Positions 38,278 through 47,635 of a DNA stretch of 64,000 bases are shown here, in pieces (within the stretch, counting starts at the first letter, position 1; each line of letters starts with the position of its first letter). Below the pieces are notes generated by a model. It saw only the letters and a list, made by a program, of their open reading frames with translations, had not been told where the DNA came from and made no database searches. The position numbers and the translations under genes are program-made. This DNA is from Thermoplasmatales archaeon SW_10_69_26 (GTDB lineage Archaea; Thermoplasmatota; SW-10-69-26): contig PXUB01000038.1 in assembly GCA_003009755.1 (NCBI GenBank), positions 8,946-72,945 on the forward strand, given 5' to 3'.

Positions 38278-38808
38278 TTGCGCGTGATCGCCCTCACCGG
38301 CGTCCCCGGCACCGGCAAGACGACGCTTGCCGACCACGTCGACGACGTGAGCGTCCTCGGCGCCAACGACCTCGCCCGCCAGGTCGACGCCCTCGGGGGC
38401 CACGACGACGACCGCCAAGCCGAGATCGTCGACGAGGCCGCCCTGGCCGAGGGCGCAACCGACGCCTACCCCGAGGGCCCGGTGCTCGTCGAGGGACACC
38501 TGGCCCACCACTGCCCGGCCGATCTCGTCGTCCTGTTGCGCTGCCACCCCGACGAGCTGCGCGACCGGTTGGCGACCAAGGGCTGGAGCGAGGCCAAGAT
38601 CGAGGAGAACGCGATGGCCGAGACGCTGGACGCCCTCGTGCCCGAGATCGAGCAACGCCCCGCCGGCGAGCTCGACACCACCGACACCGAGCCCGCCCGC
38701 CTGGCCCAGACCATCGAGGCGTTGTTCGAGGACGGAGGCCCCGAGGTCGTCCTCGACCCGCTCGGCACCGCCGACTGGACCCACACCCTCGAGGAGGGCC
38801 CGCCGTGA
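38278..38808 (+). CDS. Archaeal AK6/Fap7-type adenylate kinase family protein
   Basis: LTGVPGTGKTT, VEGHLAH, LRCHP..L..RL..KGWSEAKIEEN. Confidence 0.88.
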   Translation: MRVIALTGVPGTGKTTLADHVDDVSVLGANDLARQVDALGGHDDDRQAEIVDEAALAEGATDAYPEGPVLVEGHLAHHCPADLVVLLRCHPDELRDRLATKGWSEAKIEENAMAETLDALVPEIEQRPAGELDTTDTEPARLAQTIEALFEDGGPEVVLDPLGTADWTHTLEEGPP

Positions 38809-39452
38809 CGCTGCACGACCACCGGGCCCGCTTCGAGGATCAACTGTCGCCGATCGTGAACTGGTGCATGGCTCACGACGTCTCGCCGAACGTCGTGTCC
38901 GTGGTCGCACTCGTGATCACCTCGGCCGCCGGCGTCGTCTTCTGGCAGTCCACCCCGGCCCGTTGGTGGCTGTTGCCCGTCGGCGCCTTCCTGTTGCTGT
39001 TCGGCGCCATGCTGGACTCGGCCGATGGTCTGCTGGCTCGGGCCACCGACCAGGCCAGCGCGCTGGGCGATTTCCTCGACCACGCCTTCGATCGGTTCGC
39101 CGACGTCGCCCTGCTCGTCGGCCTCACGTTCTCCCCCTGGGTGCCCTTCGAGATCGGCCTGTTCGCCATCGTGGGCACCCTGTTGACCAGCTACATGGGG
39201 ACCCAAGCCCAAGCCGTCGGGGTCGGTCGCGACTACGGCGGTCTCGTCGGCCGAGCCGACCGCATGTTCGTGCTCTTCTGCGGCGCGATCGGGCAAGCCG
39301 TCGTCGTCCCGCTCGCCGTGAGCCTGCCGCTGGGGCTCAACCTGGTGGAGGTCGCCGTCGGCTGGATCGCGCTCGCCGGCAACATCACGGCGCTGCAGCG
39401 GTTCTGGGGGGCGCTCGCGGCCCTCCGTGACGAGCGCACAAAGCCTAAATAG
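38805..39452 (+). CDS. CDP-alcohol phosphatidyltransferase
   Basis: SPN, DSADGLLAR...GDFLDHAFDRFAD signature. Confidence 0.92.
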   Translation: MTLHDHRARFEDQLSPIVNWCMAHDVSPNVVSVVALVITSAAGVVFWQSTPARWWLLPVGAFLLLFGAMLDSADGLLARATDQASALGDFLDHAFDRFADVALLVGLTFSPWVPFEIGLFAIVGTLLTSYMGTQAQAVGVGRDYGGLVGRADRMFVLFCGAIGQAVVVPLAVSLPLGLNLVEVAVGWIALAGNITALQRFWGALAALRDERTKPK

Positions 39453-39475
39453 TGCGCACGCTGCAAGGAGAAGCG

Positions 39476-40339
39476 ATGGCAGGCATCGCGAACACGGCGA
39501 AGACCGGCGGCTTGTTCCTCGGCATGGTGGCGTTGTTCGCCATCGTCGGGTTCCTGGTCGGCGGCTTCTTCGGCTCGGACCCGTACTCAGCGATGCTTCT
39601 GTTCCTCGTCGTCGCGGCCGTGCTCAACGGCGTCTCCCTGTTCTGGGGGGACAAGATGATCCTCAAGGCCTACAGCGCCGAGCAGGTCTCCGAGGCCGAC
39701 GAACCCGAGCTGCACCGCATCGTGGCGAACATCTCCGCCAACGCCGGCCTCCCGAAACCGGACATCTACGTGATCGACTCCCAGACGCCGAACGCGTTCG
39801 CGACCGGCCGCAACCCCGAGGAGGGCAAGGTCGCGTTCACGACCGGCCTCATGCGGCTCCTCGACCGGGACGAACTCGAGGGCGTGGCCGCCCACGAGAT
39901 GGCCCACATCGAGAACCGCGACATGCTCGTCATGACGGTCGCCGCCACGCTGGCGGCCGCGATCGGGTTCGCCGTCCGCATGGCGATGTGGGGCAGCATC
40001 TTCGGCGGCCGCGACACGCGCCAGGCCCTTCCCCTGCTGATCCTGCTCGCCGTCACCGCCCCCATCGCGGCCATGGTCGTCAAGTCCGCGATCAGCCGCG
40101 CCCGCGAGTTCAAGGCCGACGCCGGCGCCGCCGACATGACCGGCAACCCGCGCGCGCTCGCCAGCGCCCTCCGCAAGCTCGAGTCCGGCAACGACGCCAA
40201 ACCGATGGAGGGCGGCAACCCGGCCCACGCCTCCCTGTTCATCGCCAACCCGTTCCGCGGCGGCGTGCTGACCAAGCTGTTCAGCACCCACCCGCCGATG
40301 GACGAGCGGGTTCAGCGACTCAACGACATGGCGTACTAG
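39476..40339 (+). CDS. htpX: HtpX-family membrane zinc metalloprotease
   Basis: PNAFATGR, HEMAH, SRAREF.AD, FSTHPP. Confidence 0.93.
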   Translation: MAGIANTAKTGGLFLGMVALFAIVGFLVGGFFGSDPYSAMLLFLVVAAVLNGVSLFWGDKMILKAYSAEQVSEADEPELHRIVANISANAGLPKPDIYVIDSQTPNAFATGRNPEEGKVAFTTGLMRLLDRDELEGVAAHEMAHIENRDMLVMTVAATLAAAIGFAVRMAMWGSIFGGRDTRQALPLLILLAVTAPIAAMVVKSAISRAREFKADAGAADMTGNPRALASALRKLESGNDAKPMEGGNPAHASLFIANPFRGGVLTKLFSTHPPMDERVQRLNDMAY

Positions 40340-40790
40340 GAGAAGTCGTTGAGTCGCTGAAGAGGACGAACGCGGGGTCGCCGTACGCGTTCGTCCGAAT
40401 CGCGAGCATCGCTAGCGCGGAGGCTACCGTGCGCGCTCGATGCTCGCGAGAGCGGCAGGTTCGACGACATGACGTACTAAGAGAAGTCGTTGAGTCGCTG
40501 AAGAGGACGAACGCGGGGTCGCCGTACGCGTTCGTCCGGATCGCGAGCATCGCTAGCCCGGCGTATACCGCTCGGGCTCGATGCTCGCGAGAGCCCGAGC
40601 GACGCCATCGCACGCTCGGGCGAATCCAGAGACCGACGCGTCGGCCCCGGCTGTCGGTCTCTGGTTCCAGCGTTCGGGTCCACGAGCAGGTCGTGCGCGC
40701 TCGATGCTCGCGAGAGCCCGAGCGACGCCATCGCACGCTCGGGCGAATCCAGGGACCGACGCGTCGGCCGGGACTGTCGGTCTCTGATCG
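40311..40790. repeat. Tandem hairpin-chain repeats starting inside the htpX 3' end
   Basis: Perfect 17-bp IR at 40311-40327/40345-40361; 141-nt period duplication (40324/40465); a second unit with about 122-nt period. Confidence 0.88.
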
Positions 40791-40962
40791 CGTGCCGAGC
40801 AACCTCCCGGCATGGGCTTAGCACTCCACGCTCGCCCTCCTCCCCCCTCGGCCGACCGATGCTGCTCTCCCGATTGCTCGATACCCTTGGCGATGCCGGG
40901 GCTCGGCGGCAGGCCGCCTGGAGCACCGGCCGGCCCGCTCCGGCCGGCGCCCGGGCACGGGG

Positions 40963-43401
40963 CTATGGCGGCCAGGCGTACTCGTCGCTGGTCGTCGTGG
41001 CCCCGTCGGCGTTCGTGGCGCGGAACTCGACGGTCACGTCCTCGCCGACGTGCGTGTTGCGGGCCCACGAGCCCCAGTCGGTGCGCTCGAGCGAGAACCA
41101 GTCGCCACCGTCGACGCGGGCGCTGACGCTGGCGATCGCGTCCTCGCTGTCGACTCCGACCTCGATCCACCACTCGTTGCCGCGCGGCTCCACGAACGTG
41201 GCCGCGAAGCCGGAGCCGCTGGAGCCGTCCGGGCACGTCGTGGCCGATGGATCCTCGCCCCAGGCGTAGCAGCCCGACGTCGCGTGGGCCTGCGAGCCCG
41301 AGTGCGCCCGGAACTCGACGACCGTCCCCTCGGGCGCATGCTCGCTGGTGGCCCACGAGCCGTAGTCCTGCTGGCTCATCCCGAGCCAGCTGCCGCCGTC
41401 CAGGCGCACCTCGACGGCGTCGATCGACCGCTCGCTGGTCACGTCGACCTCGATCCACCACTCGTTGCCGCGCGCGTTCTCGAAGCTGGCGTCGAACCCG
41501 TCCGTCGATCCGCCGGACGAGCTGTCGGGGCAGCTCGTGGGCGAGGGGTCCTCGCCCCATGCATAGCAGTCTGACAAGGCGCGGTCACCGTCGCCGTTGC
41601 GGGCCTGCAGTTGAACGATCGCGCCCTCGGGGGCGTGCTCGTCGGTGGCCCACGAGCCCCAGTCCTGCTTGTCGAGGCTGAACCAGTCGCCGCCGTCGAC
41701 GCGGGCGCTGACGCTGGCGATCGACTCCGAGCTTGCGACGTCGGTCTCGATCCACCACTCGTTGCCGCGCACGTTCTCGAACGTCGCCGAGAACTCACCG
41801 CTGCTCGCCTCATCGCCAGAACCGCCGTCGTCGCCGCTCCCGTCGCCGGCCTCGCCGCTCGGCGAGCGGGCCCGTTCCTCGTCGGCGTTGCGCAGGTGGT
41901 TGTTCGGGTAGACCGCCTCGGCCGGGGACGGCGTGTCGTAAACCTGCAGGGCGCCCTCGCGGCACCCGACGTCGCGGTCCTTGCTGCAGTGGTCGCTGTC
42001 GCGGTGGATCGGCAGGACGATCTCCTGGCCGCCGTCGCCGTTCAGGTCGGCCAGCGTGGGGCCCTTGGAGACGACCCAGCCGCTGGGCGACGACACGAAG
42101 CCGCGCTTGATGCCATCCTGGTCGTAGATGCCGATCCCGTCGCTGCCGTCGACCTCGTTGGCGAGGATGTCGTGGGTCCCGTCACCGGTCACGTCGCCGA
42201 CCGCGATGTTCTTGTTCGACCAGTAGTTGGGCTGCTCGGTCCGCCACAGCAGGTCGCCGGTCGGGCCGTCGACGGCGAAGAGGTTCGAGGGGCCGGTGTG
42301 CTGCCACTCGCCGGGCTTGTGCCCGACGGTGTTCCAGTCCTGGAAGACGACGTCAAGCTGGCCGTCGCCGTCGATGTCGATCGGGACCGGGCGCATGTGG
42401 ACGTGCGGGTTGCTCCACGACCAGGTCTTCTGCCAGGCGACGTTGCAGTCGGCGTCAACGGCGAAGTAGTGGGCTTGGGCATCGTCCTCCCACCCCTCGT
42501 AGGGGGCGTCCTCGGGCACGTTGCGGACCCCGAAGACGGCCTCCAGGCGTCCGTCGCCGGTGACGTCGGCCAGCGTGGGAGAGACGCTGATGCTGCCGGG
42601 CCATACGCCGTGGTTCTGGGCGTAGAACTGGCAACGCCAGCCCATCGAGGCGGCGTCGTAGATCGTGATCCGCCCGCCGTCGCTGGGGAACACGGCCTCC
42701 TGGGCCCCGTCGCCGGTCACGTCGGCGACGAGCGGTCCGCCGTTCCCGTCGGAATGGTCGTTCCAGTCGTCGACGCTCCCGTCGGGGGCGAGCTTGAAGA
42801 CCGACGGCTGGTCGTCGAGCTGGGCGTAGGTGGCATCGTGGCCGTCGCCGCCGGCATCCGCCAGGAACGGGGGAGCGTCGGTGGCGGGCGTCTCCCAATC
42901 GCGGTTGGGGTCCTGCTGCTCGGGATCCATCCGGGTCTCCCACAGCCGCGTGAACTCGAGCTGGCGCTGGTCGTCGGTCGGGCGGGCCTCGAAGGCGGTG
43001 ACCCACGCGGCGCTGTTGGCGAGCACGATGTCGGTCACGCCGTTGCCGTCCGTGTCACCGATCGCGGGTCCGCCGAGCTCGCGCGGCGTCCAGCCGTCGG
43101 GGTGGTTGGTCGACAGCTCGGTGATCAAGCCGCCATCGGCGCCGTCGAAGACGTAGGCGTGGTTGTTGTCGTTGTGCGTGACGATCTCCTTGTCCCCGTC
43201 ACCGTCGAGGTCCACGGCGGCGATCGTGACCGCGTCGAAGGCCTCGTAGGGCGTGGGCGGGTCCGTCGTCGCCATGCTGATCCGGTGGTCGGGCTCGATG
43301 CCGAGATCCGAGTCGGCGCTGGCCGCAGCCGCGAGGCAGAGCACGCTCGCCCCGGCGAGCACGATCGCGGCGAGGACCCACCGTCGACCGGGCCGGGTCA
43401 C
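40963..43401 (-). CDS. Secreted FG-GAP/VCBS beta-propeller protein with three Trp-rich C-terminal repeats
   Basis: Signal peptide; D(L/V)DGDG..E/D repeats; 3 copies of F.A.F...RGNEWWIE..V.S...DGG.W..L...D(W/Y)GSWA...H..E. Confidence 0.85.
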   Translation of the reverse strand: MTRPGRRWVLAAIVLAGASVLCLAAAASADSDLGIEPDHRISMATTDPPTPYEAFDAVTIAAVDLDGDGDKEIVTHNDNNHAYVFDGADGGLITELSTNHPDGWTPRELGGPAIGDTDGNGVTDIVLANSAAWVTAFEARPTDDQRQLEFTRLWETRMDPEQQDPNRDWETPATDAPPFLADAGGDGHDATYAQLDDQPSVFKLAPDGSVDDWNDHSDGNGGPLVADVTGDGAQEAVFPSDGGRITIYDAASMGWRCQFYAQNHGVWPGSISVSPTLADVTGDGRLEAVFGVRNVPEDAPYEGWEDDAQAHYFAVDADCNVAWQKTWSWSNPHVHMRPVPIDIDGDGQLDVVFQDWNTVGHKPGEWQHTGPSNLFAVDGPTGDLLWRTEQPNYWSNKNIAVGDVTGDGTHDILANEVDGSDGIGIYDQDGIKRGFVSSPSGWVVSKGPTLADLNGDGGQEIVLPIHRDSDHCSKDRDVGCREGALQVYDTPSPAEAVYPNNHLRNADEERARSPSGEAGDGSGDDGGSGDEASSGEFSATFENVRGNEWWIETDVASSESIASVSARVDGGDWFSLDKQDWGSWATDEHAPEGAIVQLQARNGDGDRALSDCYAWGEDPSPTSCPDSSSGGSTDGFDASFENARGNEWWIEVDVTSERSIDAVEVRLDGGSWLGMSQQDYGSWATSEHAPEGTVVEFRAHSGSQAHATSGCYAWGEDPSATTCPDGSSGSGFAATFVEPRGNEWWIEVGVDSEDAIASVSARVDGGDWFSLERTDWGSWARNTHVGEDVTVEFRATNADGATTTSDEYAWPP

Positions 43402-44435
43402 TGGCCGCCACCTCCCGAGGTGCGTTCGAAGGTCCACTCGTACGTCGAGCCGTGCTGGACGCGGATCGCGGTCAGGCTGGCCGTCTCCGGTTCGTCGTCG
43501 ACGGCGAGCGTCCACCGCCAGGCGCCGCCCTGCGTGGAGTGGGCTGTGACGCCATCGACGGTGTTCAGGCGGAACCCGGTGTCGTCGTGCTCGCGAGCGA
43601 TGTGATCGGTGCCGGTCTCGTTGGACCAGTCGGAGACGAGATCGTGGAGGATGTAGGCGTCCGGGCGCCCAGTGTCGGCCTCCTCGTAGCGATGCAGCGT
43701 CGGCCGGGCGTCCGGGTCGTAGCCGACGACGTGCTCGGTGCGCTGGGGATCCTCGTTGCGGAACCCGTTGTAGTCGACGATCACCGTCGCCTGATCGGTG
43801 TCCGACCCGCCGGAGGGCCCGTCCCGTGAGGCGTTCTCGCGGGTCGTCGGCTCCTCGTCGCCGCCGTCGGCGGTCCGCCGTTCGCGTTCCCCGTCACTGC
43901 CGGCCTCGTCGGTGGCCGCCTCCGCCATCCGCCACTCGTAGGTCGCGTCCTCCTCGACGGTGATCGTGTTGAGGCTGGCGGTCTCCTCCTCGTCGTCGAC
44001 GTAGAGGGTCCACCGCTCGGGCGAGGGCTCCGCGGGGATCCCCTGCACCGAGCCCAGCCGGTACCCGAGCTCCTCCTCGTGGGTGACCTGGAGAGCGGTT
44101 TCGGTCTGCTCGCGGAGATCGGCCAGCAGATCGTGCGCGGTGTAGGCGTCGGGCCCGGTGGCGTTGGTGGCGTTCAGCGTATCCTCGGCCGGACGCTCGT
44201 CGGGGTCGTAGGTGACCGTCTGCTCCCACACCTGGGGGGCCTCCTCGCGGGCTCCGCCGAAGTCGAACACGACGGTCGCCTCCGAGGTGTCGCCCGCTTG
44301 GGTCTGAGAGGAGGGTTCCGAGGTCGTGCACCCGGTCAACGCCAAGGTCAGGCCCAGGCCCACGAGGACGAGCAGGCGGGCTCGGCTACCGTCCTCGTTC
44401 GAGGGACAAGAAGGGTCTGCAGGCAGGTGGCTCAT
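43398..44435 (-). CDS. Lipoprotein with two DUF4430/transcobalamin-like beta-grasp domains
   Basis: Lipobox LTGC; two copies of ATV..D..G...HDL...G(Y/F)RL..V.G...W.L.VDDE.ETASL..I.V....TYEW. Confidence 0.7.
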   Translation of the reverse strand: MSHLPADPSCPSNEDGSRARLLVLVGLGLTLALTGCTTSEPSSQTQAGDTSEATVVFDFGGAREEAPQVWEQTVTYDPDERPAEDTLNATNATGPDAYTAHDLLADLREQTETALQVTHEEELGYRLGSVQGIPAEPSPERWTLYVDDEEETASLNTITVEEDATYEWRMAEAATDEAGSDGERERRTADGGDEEPTTRENASRDGPSGGSDTDQATVIVDYNGFRNEDPQRTEHVVGYDPDARPTLHRYEEADTGRPDAYILHDLVSDWSNETGTDHIAREHDDTGFRLNTVDGVTAHSTQGGAWRWTLAVDDEPETASLTAIRVQHGSTYEWTFERTSGGGGQ

Positions 44436-44522
44436 CGGGGCCGAGCATGCTCTGCGACCCGAAAAACCCGCCTCGTGGCCGAGATGTACGGCCGGACTCA
44501 GCCTAGGGCTCGCCGGGGACGG

Positions 44523-45089
44523 TCAGGGTTCCTTGGCGACCTTCACGCGAGCTGCGCGCACCAACCGGTCCCCGATCGCGTACCCGGGCTGCAACAGCTC
44601 GATCACGTGATCGGGCTCGTGCTCGTCGGTGGTCTCCGTCAACAGCGCCTCGTGGCGCTCGGGGTCGAAGCGCTGCCCGGGCTCGGGCTCGACGCGCTCG
44701 GCGTCGAGGCTGTCCAGCTTGTCCTCGACGCGTTTGACGACGAGCTCCAAGCCCTTGCGCACGTTCTCGTCCGGGTCGGCCTCCAGGGCGCGATCGACGT
44801 CGTCGAGCACGCCGGCCAGCACCTCGACCAAGCCCGTGCGGGCCTCCCGTCGGGCCTCGTCTTTCTCTTGCTCGACGCGCTTGCGGTAGTTCTCGTAGTC
44901 GGCCTGGACCTTGGCCAGCGCGTTCGTGCGCTCCTCGAGCTCGGCCTCGAGACGCTCGCGTTCGGCCTCGAGGTCCTCGACCTGGCCCTCCAGCTCGTCC
45001 ACCGCGGCCGCGAGCCGTTCGGATCGCTCGCTGGGCGGGGCCGTCGACTCGCGGTTCGGCGCGGGATCGGCGGAGCCCTCGGGAGCCAT
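44523..45089 (-). CDS. grpE: Nucleotide exchange factor GrpE
   Basis: ADYENYRKR, LDDVDRAL, FDPERHEAL, QPGY.IGDRLVRAARVKV. Confidence 0.93.
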   Translation of the reverse strand: MAPEGSADPAPNRESTAPPSERSERLAAAVDELEGQVEDLEAERERLEAELEERTNALAKVQADYENYRKRVEQEKDEARREARTGLVEVLAGVLDDVDRALEADPDENVRKGLELVVKRVEDKLDSLDAERVEPEPGQRFDPERHEALLTETTDEHEPDHVIELLQPGYAIGDRLVRAARVKVAKEP

Positions 45090-45207
45090 CAGCCGCGCTT
45101 AGGCCTCTCCTGGGTTGAAGGTTACGGAGGAGACGCCCAGGGTCCAGCCCCGGGATCTCCCTGGCCCAGGAGGAGGCTGGAGGGTCGGGGCCGGACGGGC
45201 TCCGAGG

Positions 45208-45540
45208 CTACTCGTTTCCGCGGGTGCGGATCCCGCCCTCGGTGTCGAGGACCTTCGTCTCGAAGGTCTCGCACTCGGCGCACTTGTAGCCCTCGAGGAC
45301 CGAGGGTTCCCCGTCGACCTCGGCCACGCGGTTGGCCTTGTGCCAGGCCGTGGTCGCGCCGCACGTGTCGCACACGGCGGAGAACTCCGGCTCGAACACG
45401 CGCAGGTAATCGCCGTGCCCGCCTTGACGGTATCGCTTCTCGGCGAGGCCCAGCCGGCCTCTCCCGCGCTGGACGAGGCCGAGCGTGGCAAGCCCAGTGA
45501 CCGAGGGGTCGGACCGAGGTCGGATGGCTGCGACCACCAC
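45208..45540 (-). CDS. Small zinc-ribbon protein
   Basis: CDTCG and CAEC pairs; start uncertain. Confidence 0.55.
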   Translation of the reverse strand: MVVAAIRPRSDPSVTGLATLGLVQRGRGRLGLAEKRYRQGGHGDYLRVFEPEFSAVCDTCGATTAWHKANRVAEVDGEPSVLEGYKCAECETFETKVLDTEGGIRTRGNE

Positions 45541-45604
45541 CCGATCCGAGGGAGCCGAGGGACCGAGCTTAACGCTTTTCTACCCGGGGCCACCTCGCTC
45601 GGTT

Positions 45605-46534
45605 GTGGCAGCTCCAGCTGAGGGTCGTCGACTCCCCGACTGGCTGAAGGTTCGCCCGCCGGGAGGCGAGGAGTACAAGCGCATCAAGGAGATGCGGACC
45701 GAGCGCGAGCTCGCGACGGTCTGCGAGGAAGCCCAATGCCCCAACGTCGGCGAGTGCTGGGGTGGCGGAACGGCGACGTTCATGGTCATGGGCGACACCT
45801 GCACGCGCGGTTGTCGCTTCTGCGCCGTGGAGACCGAGCAGGACGGCCAAGCGCTCGATCCGATGGAGCCGGCCAAGCTGGCCCGCTCCGTCGACGAGAT
45901 GGATCTCGCGTACGTCGTCGTGACCAGCGTCGACCGCGACGACCTTCCCGACCAGGGAGCCAGCCACGTCGCCACCTGCATCGACACGCTGCACAAGGAG
46001 TGCCCGGAGACGAAGGTCGAGTTCCTCATCCCCGACTTCCAGGGCGAGGAGGACCTGATCAGCCTCGTCTGCGACGCCCAGCCGCACGTGCTCGCCCACA
46101 ACATCGAGACCGTGCGCCGCCTGACGCCGGAGGTCCGCGACGACCGCGCCGGCTACGACCAGTCGCTGGAGGTGCTGCGGTTCGCCAGCGAGTACGCCGA
46201 GAAGGCGCTCGACGGCCCGATGTACACGAAGTCCAGCATCATGGTCGGGCTCGGCGAGACCGAGGACGAGGTGCGCCAGGCGATGGACGACCTGCGCGCG
46301 GCCGGCGTCGACTTCCTGACGATCGGTCAGTACCTGCGCCCGTCCGAATCCCACATCGAGGTCGACGACTTCGTGCCCCCCGATCTCTTCGACAAGTACG
46401 AGGAGATCGGCGAGGAGAAGGGCTTCAAGTACGTCGCCTCGGGCCCGCTCGTCCGGTCCTCCTACCGCGCCGGCGAGTACTACATCTCGAACGTGATCGA
46501 GTCCGGCGACACCCCCGACCTGCCGCAGCCGTGA
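45605..46534 (+). CDS. lipA: Lipoyl synthase
   Basis: CEEAQCPNVGEC, CTRGCRFC, RSSY. Confidence 0.96.
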   Translation: MAAPAEGRRLPDWLKVRPPGGEEYKRIKEMRTERELATVCEEAQCPNVGECWGGGTATFMVMGDTCTRGCRFCAVETEQDGQALDPMEPAKLARSVDEMDLAYVVVTSVDRDDLPDQGASHVATCIDTLHKECPETKVEFLIPDFQGEEDLISLVCDAQPHVLAHNIETVRRLTPEVRDDRAGYDQSLEVLRFASEYAEKALDGPMYTKSSIMVGLGETEDEVRQAMDDLRAAGVDFLTIGQYLRPSESHIEVDDFVPPDLFDKYEEIGEEKGFKYVASGPLVRSSYRAGEYYISNVIESGDTPDLPQP

Positions 46535-46543
46535 GGTGATCGG

Positions 46544-47632
46544 ATGCCCCAACTCGACCAAGCCAAAGCGATCATGGACGACGACGGAGGGGTCCAGCGC
46601 GAGGTCAAGGTCCCCGACCTCTCCGAGGACACCATGCGCGACATGTACGAGGCGATGGTGACCACGCGCCTCATGAACGAACGCGGCATGAAGCTGCAGC
46701 GGCAGGGCCGCATCAACTTCTACGTCGGTTCCGAAGGCCAGGAGGCCGCCCACGTCGGGTTCGGCGCCGCCTTCGAGGATCAGGACTGGTACTTCCCCCA
46801 CTACCGCGATCCCGGCGTCGCGCTGTACCGGGGCGCCTCGATCGAGGAGATGGTCCACCAGTGCTACGGCACCGGCGAGGATCGGATGCAGGGGCGCCAG
46901 ATGCCGAACCACTACAGCTTCGAAGAGCTCAACTTCTACTCCATCAGCTCCCCCGTCGCCACGCAGATCCCCCACGCGGTCGGCGCCGCCTACGCCGCCG
47001 ATCTCGAGGGCGACGACGTCGTCACGGGCGTCAGCTTCGGCGACGGCTGCACCAGCGAGGGGGACTTCCACGTCGGCATGAACTTCGCGGGCGTCTGGGA
47101 CACGCCGACCGTGTTCCTGTGCGAGAACAACCAGTGGGCGATCTCGGTCCCCAACGAGAAGCAGACCGGCTCGGAGACGTTCGCCCAGAAGGCCGACGCC
47201 TACGGCTTCGAGGGCCGCCGCGTCGACGGCAACGACGTGCTGGCCATGTACGCCGAGGCCAAACGCGCCGTCGAGAGCGCCCGCGAGGGCGAGGGCCCGA
47301 CGCTGATCGAAGCCCTCACCTACCGCATGGGACCGCACAGCTCCTCGGACGATCCCGACCGCTACGTTCCCCAGGAGGAGATCGAGGCCTGGGCCGGGCG
47401 CGACCCGATCGACCGCTTCCGCACGTTCCTGATCGAGCAAGGCGTGATCACGGAGACCGAGGACGAGCAGATGCACGAACGCATCACGGACGAGATCGAG
47501 GCGGGCGTCCAGTCGGCCGAGGACGCCGAGGGGCCCACGATCCAATCGATGGTCGAGGACGTCTACGACGAGGTGCCCTGGCACCTCCAAGAACAGGCAG
47601 ACGACCTCAAGCGCTTCTACGAGGAGGACTGA
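46544..47632 (+). CDS. pdhA: 2-oxoacid dehydrogenase E1 alpha
   Basis: GQEA, YRD, TPP motif GDG.TSEGDF...NN, YRMGPHSSSDD; substrate (pyruvate vs branched-chain) not resolved. Confidence 0.9.
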   Translation: MPQLDQAKAIMDDDGGVQREVKVPDLSEDTMRDMYEAMVTTRLMNERGMKLQRQGRINFYVGSEGQEAAHVGFGAAFEDQDWYFPHYRDPGVALYRGASIEEMVHQCYGTGEDRMQGRQMPNHYSFEELNFYSISSPVATQIPHAVGAAYAADLEGDDVVTGVSFGDGCTSEGDFHVGMNFAGVWDTPTVFLCENNQWAISVPNEKQTGSETFAQKADAYGFEGRRVDGNDVLAMYAEAKRAVESAREGEGPTLIEALTYRMGPHSSSDDPDRYVPQEEIEAWAGRDPIDRFRTFLIEQGVITETEDEQMHERITDEIEAGVQSAEDAEGPTIQSMVEDVYDEVPWHLQEQADDLKRFYEED

Positions 47633-47635
47633 CAC

